64,000 nt of DNA from Diplonema japonicum. Lineage: Eukaryota; Protista; Euglenozoa: Diplonemea. Below are positions 1 to 10,260 of the stretch, piece by piece. Within the stretch, counting starts at the first letter, position 1. Each line of letters begins with the position of its first letter. The stretch covers positions 559,746-623,745 of the forward strand of contig OZ025676.1 of NCBI GenBank assembly GCA_964019335.1, read 5' to 3'. The notes below the pieces were generated by a model that was given only the letters and a program-made list of their open reading frames with translations, had not been told where the DNA came from and ran no database searches. The position numbers were made by a program, and so were the translations under genes.

Positions 1-267
1 TTTATCTGGCGAGGGAGATGCGGTGGGTTTTGTTTCTCTTCTTCTTCTTTTTTTTTTTTTTTTGTGTATTACAAAGAAATAAAATAAAGGCTAGCGAAAG
101 GAATTTTTTTATTTTCAAAAGTAAGATTTTGTCTATTGGGGAGGGACTAAGGGGAATAAAAAGACAAGTGGACAATGCTTCAGTACACTACAGCTGCCCT
201 GTCGAACAGGACTCTTGACTGCCTCCAACACCTAGCAGCAAGCACTGCTGTGCATACTTTACTACCT

Positions 268-1236
<969 letters not shown>

Positions 1237-1306
1237 CTAATACGAAAGACACTGATGACAACCTGATGCTTATATACGTGTGCGTGCGTGTGTGTGTGCT
1301 CTGTAG

Positions 1307-2557
1307 CTAGAGTTCATCATCCATGCTAGCAATGAAACCGCCTGCGCTGCTGGTGCCTCCAAGGAGTTCCTCCATTGATTTCGGTGCGGCGGACTTCGCT
1401 GCTGGTGTCTTCTTCGCCTTCTTGGGGGCGCTCTGAGGTGATGCTGCTGGAGATGCACGTTTCTTGGAGGCCGGAGCAGCAGCCCCGTCGTCCCTAGTCT
1501 CTTTTTGCATCATGTTGAGGGCAGCTTCCGGTTTGTGCTTCATGCATGCCTCGCCTGCTTTACACTTCTTGCACCTTGGGCCGTCGTTGTTGTGTTTCCC
1601 GCACGGCTTACCCATCTCACACCTTTTACAACCCCCCTTCGCCTTGGGCGGCTTTGCTTCTTTTTTCGGTGCAGGTTTGGCAGGGGCAGCGGCAGGAGCA
1701 GGAGCAGGAGCAGGAGCAACGGCGGCAGGAGCTGCAGGTGTGGGTGCAGCAGGTACAGCTGGTGTGGGTGCAGCAGCTGGGGGTGCCTCACCTCTTTGGA
1801 GTGCCTCAATTTCCTTTTTGATCTTCCCCGCCTCTTCAAAGTTCTCGCTCTCAACTGCCTGCAACTTCTTGAGCTGCAGAGCATCGATCTTGTCTTCTGA
1901 CTCCAGCTCCTTCTTGATCGCAGCCGCCTGTGCGTAGTCTTCCGCCGCCACCGCCGTTGCCTTCTTCGCCTCGAGTTCCAAACGCCTCGCCGACGGCTGC
2001 ACCTTAGGCTTAGCTGGTGCTGCAGTGCTGGGGTCCCACCTCTTCATGGTGCCCTGCTGCACCTTCGTGTCGTTCCAGGACTCGTTTCCCCAGCTGTTCC
2101 AGTTCTGGCTGCCCCAGCTTTGCTCGGCTGGTTGCTCTGCAACAGGCGCCTTCTTCTCAGGCTTTGGCCTTCTTTCCTTCAGTTGTGCTGCGTCGCCCTG
2201 TTCCTCCCGCCTCTGCACCATGAAGTGCTCCCCTGCTTGCTCCACTCTGATCTTCCTCCCGTTGAATGTCCGGCCGGTGAGGTTCGCGATGGCTTTCTGC
2301 CTCATCTGCTCAGTGGAGAAGCTGCAGTGTGCGAACCCCTTGCAGTGCCCGGTGTTGCCCGCCTTCGCCACGTGGATGTTGTTCACACCAGGGTCGACAC
2401 TCTGCAGGAGGGTGGTAAGCTTTGCTGTTCCTGTCCCCGAAGCAAGCCCCCCAATGTACGCCCTGAAAGGCGGCGGCACCACTGAGTGGTCCACGTCATC
2501 GATCTCGGGGGGCGTGTCCGTGCTGCTGGAGCAGGAGGAGACTTCGTCGTCTGACAT
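1307..2557 (-). CDS. RRM protein, NOL8-like RRM, with two UVR-like motifs and two CxxCx5CxxH knuckles
   Basis: RNP2 AYIGGL and RNP1 KGFAHCSF; AVAAEDYAQAAAIKKE and AVESENFEEAGKIKKE repeats; CKRCEMGKPCGKH and CKKCKAGEACMKH. Confidence 0.7.
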   Translation of the reverse strand: MSDDEVSSCSSSTDTPPEIDDVDHSVVPPPFRAYIGGLASGTGTAKLTTLLQSVDPGVNNIHVAKAGNTGHCKGFAHCSFSTEQMRQKAIANLTGRTFNGRKIRVEQAGEHFMVQRREEQGDAAQLKERRPKPEKKAPVAEQPAEQSWGSQNWNSWGNESWNDTKVQQGTMKRWDPSTAAPAKPKVQPSARRLELEAKKATAVAAEDYAQAAAIKKELESEDKIDALQLKKLQAVESENFEEAGKIKKEIEALQRGEAPPAAAPTPAVPAAPTPAAPAAVAPAPAPAPAAAPAKPAPKKEAKPPKAKGGCKRCEMGKPCGKHNNDGPRCKKCKAGEACMKHKPEAALNMMQKETRDDGAAAPASKKRASPAASPQSAPKKAKKTPAAKSAAPKSMEELLGGTSSAGGFIASMDDEL

Positions 2558-2660
2558 TTTGCTGTGTGTCCCTTTTTTTTCCTTTCACTTTTTTTTTAAA
2601 TTTTCTTTTGTTCGTTTCTACGTTTGAACAGAATGATCCCATCTATCCCCTCCCGATTAA

Positions 2661-2736
2661 TCAGTAGACCATCGTGAACGTTACTGCTTCCTAAGTCATG
2701 GTCGGTCAGAGAGCTGGGTTAGTATTGCGTCATCAT
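2661..2736 (-). ncRNA. Box C/D snoRNA type A, copy 1
   Basis: Minus strand ATGATGA...CTGA(D')...CTGA(D); guides antisense to LSU GAGCUGGGUU and AGACCGUCGUGA; flanking stem 2639-2650/2745-2756. Confidence 0.92.
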
Positions 2737-2784
2737 CGAACGTTGGGGATGGATGGCAAAATATATAAAAAAAATTGTTTGATT

Positions 2785-2916
2785 TCAGTATTTAATATGC
2801 GGTGTTGATCTTTTGTATTGCGGTATCAGGAGGGGAAAGGAAAGGAAGAGGGGGCAAACCCTCTACCTCTCTTTCGTCCATCAAATTGACGTGCAAATAA
2901 GAAGATACGTCATCAT
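2785..2916 (-). ncRNA. Box C/D snoRNA type B (132 nt), copy 1
   Basis: ATGATGA...CTGA; guide ATTTGCACGTCA antisense to conserved LSU UGACGUGCAAAU; internal purine/pyrimidine hairpin. Confidence 0.88.
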
Positions 2917-2976
2917 GTCAAAGGCGGGCTTCCAGCCATGCTTCAAAATGTGATTTTGCCTTTGGGGACATTGTGA

Positions 2977-3056
2977 TCAGTAGACCATCGTGAAGTATTA
3001 CTGTTGTCCTAAGTCATGGTCGGTCAGAGTGAGCTGGATAAGTATCTTGTCATCAC
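2977..3056 (-). ncRNA. Box C/D snoRNA type A', variant with shifted D' guide
   Basis: GTGATGA...CCAGCTCACT-CTGA...TCACGATGGTCTA-CTGA; paralogue of type A. Confidence 0.9.
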
Positions 3057-3116
3057 TTCCTCATCCTCAAGAGGTCGTTAGTTGAAAAAAAAAACAAAGA
3101 AATTGTTCCTGACGTT

Positions 3117-3248
3117 TCAGTATTTAATATGCGGTGTTGATCTTTTGTATTGCGGTATCAGGAGGGGAAAGGAAAGGAAGAGGGGGCAAACCCTCTACCT
3201 CTCTTTCGTCCATCAAATTGACGTGCAAATAAGAAGATACGTCATCAT
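3117..3248 (-). ncRNA. Box C/D snoRNA type B, copy 2
   Basis: Identical to 2785-2916 between boxes C and D; flanks differ. Confidence 0.88.
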
Positions 3249-3307
3249 CTTTTTTAAAAAGGTTTATTATTATTTTTTTTTAATTTATTTTTCGGCCCTT
3301 TGTGTGA

Positions 3308-3383
3308 TCAGAAGACCATCGTGAACGTTACTGCTTCCTAAGTCATGGTCGGTCAGAGAGCTGGGTTAGTATTGCGTCATCAT
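3308..3383 (-). ncRNA. Box C/D snoRNA type A, copy 2
   Basis: Near-identical to 2661-2736. Confidence 0.92.
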
Positions 3384-3455
3384 GCACGAGGAGGACAGGG
3401 TGTGGGCAAGAAACTTTTCAAAAAAAAAATTGCAATTCTGGCAAAAGGTTTGTTT

Positions 3456-3587
3456 TCAGTATTTAATATGCGGTGTTGATCTTTTGTATTGCGGTATCAG
3501 GAGGGGAAAGGAAAGGAAGAGGGGGCAAACCCTCTACCTCTCTTTCGTCCATCAAATTGACGTGCAAATAAGAAGATACGTCATCAT
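3456..3587 (-). ncRNA. Box C/D snoRNA type B, copy 3
   Basis: Identical to 2785-2916. Confidence 0.88.
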
Positions 3588-3652
3588 GTCAAAGGAGTCC
3601 TGCGTGCTGCAGTGGGGTTGTGCTGGGCCTCTTGGCTCCCCTCCCATTGTGA

Positions 3653-3728
3653 TCAGAAGACCATCGTGAACGTTACTGCTTCCTAAGTCATGGTCGGTCA
3701 GAGAGCTGGGTTAGTATTGCGTCATCAT
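3653..3728 (-). ncRNA. Box C/D snoRNA type A, copy 3
   Basis: Identical to 3308-3383. Confidence 0.92.
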
Positions 3729-3830
3729 GCACAAGGAGGACAGGTAGTTTTTTTTTCTTCTTTTCTTTCCCTTCCCCCAGTTCTTGAAAGAACAAAAAAA
3801 TAAAGAATAACGGGAGGCATGGCAACTGAT

Positions 3831-4336
3831 CTAGTTCTTCTTCTTCTTGGGGCCGTTGATCTTGCAGAGACCACGGTACTTCTTCTGCCTGTTCTTCCTC
3901 TCCTTCAACTGCTTACGGTTGGCGTCCTGTGGGTGAGTGGTGAGTGGGACAATTAAAAAAAAAAAAAAAAACCTTCTTGGTGCTGAGCCCGAGACGGACG
4001 AGCCTGTAGCGGGGCTCAATCTTCTTGGCCTGCGCGAGCTGTGGGAATTTTTTTTTTGTTTTGTTTTGTTTTGAGCTGTTTTGCTGTGCATACATCGTCG
4101 TAGATGAGACCGAAGCCGGTGATCTTGCCACCACCGAACTCGTTGCGGAAGCCGAACACAGCGATGGTGTTCTCGTCCTGCACCTTGTACATCTCCGCCA
4201 GCTTGGCACGGATCTCAGACTTGGGGATCGTTCCACGCTTGGTGTGGGTGAGGTCGATCACGAACTGCTTACGGCCAAGAAGAGCATTGTACATGTACTT
4301 CCTCGTCTGGATGTTGATGGTACCTTCGCCGCCCAT
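3831..4336 (-). CDS. RPS24: 40S ribosomal protein S24 (eS24), 2 introns (4039-4093, 3927-3972)
   Basis: IQTRKYMYNALLGRKQFVID...FGGGKITGFGLIYDD|LAQAKKIEPRYRLVRLG...|DANRKQLKERKNRQKKYRG; GT-AG introns restore the frame. Confidence 0.97.
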
Positions 4337-4563
4337 TTTGTTGTATGTATCCTCCTGTATGTGTTGGCAAAATGTACTTCTGGTGCAAAATAAGAATGTT
4401 GGTATTACACATTTCCCCTGCGGCTATAGCTCCCGGATGCGACGGGACTACTGATGCGGGGAAAGCTAGTGTTGTTGATTGGTACCTTCTAACCACAATG
4501 CTCTGTACATTAGAGGACATAGCGACGTTGGGAAGGCCTTGTAATTGTTGCTATTTTATTGGC

Positions 4564-6201
4564 TTGTACTTTGCTGTTGTATAATTTGGTTTTCAAGTAT
4601 ATTTTCATCTTGATTAAAAATGTGTGTTAACACTTGGGAGCTTCTCGTGTTGTTGTGGATCGGTACCTCCTGACCACTCTGCCGCGTGGGGAAGTCCTCG
4701 AAGCTGCACAATTTCAGCATTTGCGGAAGAGGCAATACGCCGAGGCGGTGGGTTCAATCATGAGGGTGGTGACGACCATGTGGTAGGTTGGGACAATGAC
4801 GAAGAGCAGGGCCCCCAGAACATGGAAGACGAGGGTGAGAAGGGATTCCTTGTGGAAGGGCCAGAGGAAGCGTGTGCGGTCGCCGAAGAGGCGCATGAGG
4901 ACGAACCCCACGAGGGCTGGTCCCACAACGAGGTTCAGCCCCAAGAGGCGGGGGTCGATGTGTGGTCCGTAGATGGCTCCCTCGTAGAGGGCGTGCAGGG
5001 AGGCGATCGTGTAGGCCCAGAAGAGAATGTGGTCGGGGCTCGTTGGGTAGAAGTTCAGGAGCCCCTTGTCGATCTGGAGGTACTTTGAGGAGACAGGGAC
5101 AACATCCTCCTCCTCCTCATCCTCTTTCTTCGTCTTCTTCTTGTTGTTGTTGTCCACTCCCGTGCCCCCTTCTCCCTTGTACTCCTCCGACACCCCGAGC
5201 TTCTCACGGAAGGTCCCAAATACGCAGTCCAGACAGTACTGCGGGCCTCCGTAGTTGCACTCGAACTTCGCGTGGTGCAGGTAGTGGTACTGGTCTGCCT
5301 GCCAGTGGTCCTCCCAACCCGAGTGTCCCGCTGCGGGGGCGAGGTTCAGGTGCCACCCGTTCCAGTGGAAGACAAAGGGCGACATCTTGAAGTACAGGCT
5401 CACCGCCACCGCAGAGTAGTAGTAGACGTGCTCCAAGGGGTGCATCGAGAGCCCTGCAAAGGGTTCGATGTCGATGTTCCTGTGGTGCAGGGAGTGCACG
5501 TACTTGTACAGGGCGCGGTAGTGGATCGTGCGGTGCGCGAAGTAGAAGTGGAAGTCCCTGTACAGGGGGATCGCTAGTACCCACATCACATTCCAAAGGA
5601 AGGTTGTGAGGGCTGTTGTGCTGTTGTCGTTGTTATAACCCATCGTCGTCCACCACGAGAACCACGCCTCCTCATCCGTGTCGTATGGGACCCTCCCCTC
5701 CGCGAGCAGGTGGTAGTACGCCATCTCCCAGGCACTCCACTGTAGAGCCCCCAGCGTCGTGTACCACACGTTCTGCACCATCGTCGCGAGGGAAGGGTAG
5801 CTGTGCGGGGCATACTTCCGCCTGCTCAGAAAGTGCGACACGAAGTGCCACCACCCGAAGTACAGGTAGATCACCAGCGTGTTCACCCCACACCGCCTCG
5901 CGAACCACGCCCCGTCCCACCGCCCCGCCGCCTCCATGTCGTACGGCGCCAGCACGTACAGCGCAGCAGACAGCAGCAGCCACATCAGGTTCGGCGTCAT
6001 CAAGATGGTCCGCACCACGTTCCAGGGCTGAAAGAACAGCTGCCCGGACATGCTCGTCTCCCCGGGGCGCTTCTTCAGGTCCACCCACCCAGCAGGGCGG
6101 AAGATGCTTCCCCCTGACAAGCCTCCGAGAGACAACAGGAACGACATGGTGGCTTTTCTTGTTCAACTGGCTGAAGAACTGACGGGGGGGGTTGCAAGGC
6201 A
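4564..6201. repeat. Dispersed duplication, copy 1 (partner 14103-15739)
   Basis: Appears identical at offset 9539 except for one G in a G-run; diverged homology extends out to 4501/13987. Confidence 0.95.
4714..6147 (-). CDS. Sterol desaturase / fatty-acid hydroxylase family protein, copy 1
   Basis: His boxes HRTIH, HSLHH, HYLHH; GLSMHPLEH and FECNYG motifs; multiple TM segments. Confidence 0.9.
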   Translation of the reverse strand: MSFLLSLGGLSGGSIFRPAGWVDLKKRPGETSMSGQLFFQPWNVVRTILMTPNLMWLLLSAALYVLAPYDMEAAGRWDGAWFARRCGVNTLVIYLYFGWWHFVSHFLSRRKYAPHSYPSLATMVQNVWYTTLGALQWSAWEMAYYHLLAEGRVPYDTDEEAWFSWWTTMGYNNDNSTTALTTFLWNVMWVLAIPLYRDFHFYFAHRTIHYRALYKYVHSLHHRNIDIEPFAGLSMHPLEHVYYYSAVAVSLYFKMSPFVFHWNGWHLNLAPAAGHSGWEDHWQADQYHYLHHAKFECNYGGPQYCLDCVFGTFREKLGVSEEYKGEGGTGVDNNNKKKTKKEDEEEEDVVPVSSKYLQIDKGLLNFYPTSPDHILFWAYTIASLHALYEGAIYGPHIDPRLLGLNLVVGPALVGFVLMRLFGDRTRFLWPFHKESLLTLVFHVLGALLFVIVPTYHMVVTTLMIEPTASAYCLFRKC

Positions 6202-8651
6202 CGGTAGGCATATGTAAAGAGTAAAATAATGGATAAGACCTCCCAAGGACGGTTAGGGATACTGAGTGCAGGTATGGGAGCCTCCTGCTTGGGGTGAAAA
6301 ATCAAAGGTAGAACAAGGTGGTGGCACCTTTAACAGTTGTTCGTTAAGGTATAAGAGGCTTAGTGGTAGTCTTGCATCTGGTTTTTTTTTTTCTTCTTCT
6401 CTTTTCTATGCCCCTTCTATCAGAGGATGACGGCTCCAAAGAAGAAGGAAAAAAAAAAGGAAAAAGGAAGAAGATAGGGGTACTTTCTTGCTTTCTTTAT
6501 TTTCTTTTTTTTTCTCTTTTTTTTTTCTAGCAGACTTCGCCTCCGTGCTACAGAATGGATAAAAGGGGGAGGAAAGAGGGGGGGGGGGGGGGGGGGAGAA
6601 ATCTTTTTGTTTTTCTTTGGCAATGATACTTTTAACTGTGTTGTTACTTTCTTTTTTTTTTAATAAATACTATTCACCTCAATTTTTCCCCTTCGCCTCC
6701 CCCGCTTCCCCCAGTAATTCTCCTCACTTGCCCTCCAGAGAGACGAAGGACGTAATATAAAAAAAAAACAAAACAAAAACAAAAAAAGGCTTGAATTTTT
6801 CAACGTCAAGTAAGGCGCAGCCACAACCAAAGTGGACCATTGAGCACATGGGAGTGAGTGTCTGCAGAGTCTTGCAAACATTGGAGTGGACTTACTTGTG
6901 GCTGCACACAGACATAGCATGGAATAAAACAAAATATATGTTGCTTAATAATAACACCCACCCATACCAGAAGGATAGGTCCTCTTGTGCGCCGGAAATA
7001 CAAAAAATAAAAATAAAAAACAGAGTGGAAGTAATTAAAAAGAAGGAGAAAAAAAAAGTGAAATTGCTAATTGTGACGAAGTGGTGGATGGGGGGAGGGA
7101 TGATGTGTGGTGTTCAACACCCCCCCCCCCCCCCCCCTTGTTATTTTCCCTCCCTGCACGCAGCAGCGGTTTTTTTTTTTTTTTTTTTTTTTTTTTTGCC
7201 TCGTCCCCTCTCCCCCTCTGAAAAAAAAATTGTCTAGTGGTGCCATGCAGTATGTGGCCACCCTTATGAACCCAAATTTCCCTGAGGTTCCGTAGAAAAT
7301 AAAAGTGGAGAGAACATGTTATCAGAGACCTGTCGGACCCTCCCTGTGCGTTGTAATAGGATAAGGGACTCTCCGTTGAGGGCAATGTTAACTGGCGCCA
7401 CGTGTAGTGTAGGGTGTCTCCCTCCTGACCACAAATTACCAGGAACCACCACAGGACAGGGAGAAAGGAAGAAGAAAAAAATAAATGGGTTTGTTAAAAA
7501 AAATTATTTTAGAGATTTTTTGGTAGGTTTAGAGATGATAAAAAAGAAGGGGGTAATAATACTATGAAGGGAGGGGGGGGAAAAGAACGAAAGAAAAATG
7601 GGAGAGAAGTACCTAGCAGCAGGCAGCTACTGTTGATAGCAAGAGGCCCAAGGCAAGTGGGCCATCTTACAGGCAACTGGCGCTCTGTACTGCACAGCAC
7701 GACTGGAAAGTCCCCCTTGCGCAAAAATATTTAAAAAAAAAAAAGAAAAGAAAAGGCTGGAAAAAAAAAACTTTTTTTTTCTTTCCTACACCATACCATT
7801 TTTATTTCTCTAAAACTAAAAAAGAAAAAAAAAAGAAGGGAGGGAAGGTCCCTTAAGTGGAAATGAGGCAAAAAAAAAAAACTTTATTTTATTTTATTGA
7901 AAAAAAAAATGAAGAATCGCTGCATTATTTTGATATCTATGGGAAAAAAATGGGGGGGAAAGAATAGGGGGGAAAAAAATGAAAACACAATGGCTCAAAT
8001 ATGTGTCGCAACAAGAGGGGTATGGGGGAACTGAGGGATGAAAAAACCATTCCACTTTTTTTCTCCGTTTTTTCCCCCCGACAGTTGCTTCTTTACTCGG
8101 GCCATGTAATCCTCATGTGTTGCAAGCAAAATATTCCACTTTTCGCCACTAAGAGAGACAGTGAGTGCCCTGTGGCCAAAATGAATCACTATTAAGAAAA
8201 AAAGAAAAACCCCCTTCTCATCGCTATGCGCCATCGAGCTATCATTAAAAAAAATAAAGGTAAAAAATAAAATCAATGGATGAGGAGAAGTCTTATGCTT
8301 CCTCCCGCCCGCCCCTGTTTTTTTTTTTTCTTTTTTTGTTTCACTCCCATCAATAAGAAAAAAATTCAATTTCCTTTGGAAAAAAAAAACCCCTTCCCGA
8401 TGTCTTTAAAATACGGTAAAACATAACTGACCAGAAACGAAAGAAGGAAAAAATAAAAGTGTATTCACATAAAAAAAATTCCTTTTTTTCTTTAAAAATT
8501 TCAATTCTAAGGAAAAGAAAAAAAAAAATAAGAGAAAAGAGAAAAAAAAAAAACTATGCTAGAGGTAGGTTTTTTTTTTTTTTTCTTTTAAATTTCCTTC
8601 CTTTTGTTTTATGTATTTTTGTCAGAATTCCTTTCTTCTCTGGAATAAGGG

Positions 8652-8691
<40 letters not shown>

Positions 8692-8777
8692 AGAAGAAAG
8701 AAAGATAGATCAAGAAGCACGTCACGTTACCACAAACACAGGGAAGAAAAAATAAATAAATAAAAAAAAAACCCCCC

Positions 8778-9912
8778 TCAACGCCCGAACAGTTCAGGAA
8801 AATCCTTCATGTCGGCCTGGTTATATAAAAAAAAAATCTTTTTATAAAAAAAAAAAAAAAAAAACACATACCTCACTAAACCCAACAACATTAGGGCTGT
8901 CACCCCCCACAAGCTCGCCCTCTTCTTCGTCCTCAACATCCCAATCTGCCTCCTCCCAATCATCTGTATCTTGCTGCAAACTGAAAAGAGAAGTAGGGCT
9001 ATTAGTTAGGCAAAAACCCTTTTCGCAAGAAGATGTAGAAGAAGAAGAAGATGTGGAGGAATCATCATCATTATCACTATTGTAGCAGAGGAGATCGACA
9101 TCTTCTGCCTCGTGCAAAGCGGCGGTGATGACGACAATAAAAGCGGCAGCAACAGCACCCTGACTGTGCACGGGAAGCACCGAAACAGAGAGCTGCTGAA
9201 TAGATGGAAGACGTGGGAGATAAGACGGCTCGCAATAAGAAATATTCCACTCGAACCCACACGAGGCAGTATGCTTGTGAGGCACCATGACACCGTCTTC
9301 ATAAACAATTTGGCATCTGACAGACAGAGAAGTGGGAGTTGCAATGAGATACGTCGGCTCAACACAAGAAAGGTACCTCTCGAGCTTGCCAACCTGCCTG
9401 AGAGGCGGTTCGTAAAAATTAGCAGGAAGCCCATCATCATCCCAACACACAATACGCACTGTTGTAATGGGTTCTGTGCTGGCACAGAGGCCTTTGACAG
9501 TGACCTTGTCACATGTTTTGAAACCAGAGCTCTGCGCGGTCTTGTGAAGCCATGATGGAGCTCCGTCTTCGATTCCAATAATCGGCTGCCTTTCAATGCA
9601 GGATATGTACTCCAAAGGGGCACGGCACGTGCGGTTACGATAGGTGTTGAGCTGCAGCTCTTTTTCGTACCTGTCCAGCACATGGGCCACATACCAGCTG
9701 TCACCCTGTCTGTACCACCATGGAGTGAGGGAGCCCGACATGGGGCTGCTGTCCTCTCGCGAAGATCCTTCGTCCGCAAAGCTGTCGACCGACCCCGTGT
9801 AATGACGGTCCAACCCGTGATGCTGATGATGATGTTGCTGTTGACACACTTTGATCGCAATATCTTCCGTCTTTTGAACCGGCTGAGAACACTCCATGAT
9901 AGCTACGCCCAT
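8778..9912 (-). CDS. Hypothetical protein (possibly scramblase/Tubby-C-like), 1 intron 8817-8871
   Basis: Long ORF from MGVAIMECS; GTATG...CAG intron gives C-terminus ADMKDFPELFGR; family guess is weak. Confidence 0.65.
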
Positions 9913-10040
9913 TATTATTTTTTTTTGTCTTTTTAGAGAGAAAAAAAAAAGAAAAGGGTGAGGGAGAAAAAAAAAAGGGGGTGGAAAGGGTCTGCGGGGT
10001 TTGGGTAAAACAAGAAAAGATCCCAACTGGACGATGGATG

Positions 10041-10260
10041 GCTTGAGCATCATCCATTTTCGGGGCCGGTTCATTCGGCAGGTGAGTTGTTACACACTCA
10101 TTATCGGATGCCGACTTCCATGGCCACCGTCCTGCTGTCTAGATGAACCGACACCCTTTGTGGGATCTGATGAGCGACCACTCGGACACCTTAAGTCAGC
10201 TCTCGGTTCATTCGGCAGGTGAGTTGTTACACGCTCATTATCGGAGCCGACTTCCATGGC
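10041..10260 (-). pseudogene. Orphan LSU (28S) rRNA fragment, GTPase-associated-centre region, internally duplicated
   Basis: Minus strand reads TCATCTAGACAGCAGGACGGTGGCCATGGAAGTCGG...GAGTGTGTAACAACTCACCTGCCGAATGAAC...GAAAATGGATG, the conserved eukaryotic LSU sequence. Confidence 0.92.

Noticed and set aside
2914-2970. Single-hairpin H/ACA RNA in the snoRNA spacer (hairpin followed by ACA; partial match to LSU AUGUGAUUU)
   Set aside because: The ACA overlaps box C and the terminal stem of snoRNA B, and I could not build a bipartite pocket.
2661-3728. CRISPR-like repeat/spacer array
   Set aside because: Repeats are 76-132 nt with C/D boxes and rRNA antisense guides; eukaryotic context; no cas genes.
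4412-4464. Hairpin upstream of RPS24 as an AGA/ACA guide RNA
   Set aside because: No AGA or ACA box after the stem on the transcribed strand; left as unexplained structure.
6380-8775. Lys/Phe-rich short ORFs in the homopolymer spacers
   Set aside because: Translation artefacts of A/T runs.
10166-10185. Hammerhead ribozyme core (CTGATGAG)
   Set aside because: No GAAA or helices; it is the antisense of LSU rRNA CTCATCAG.
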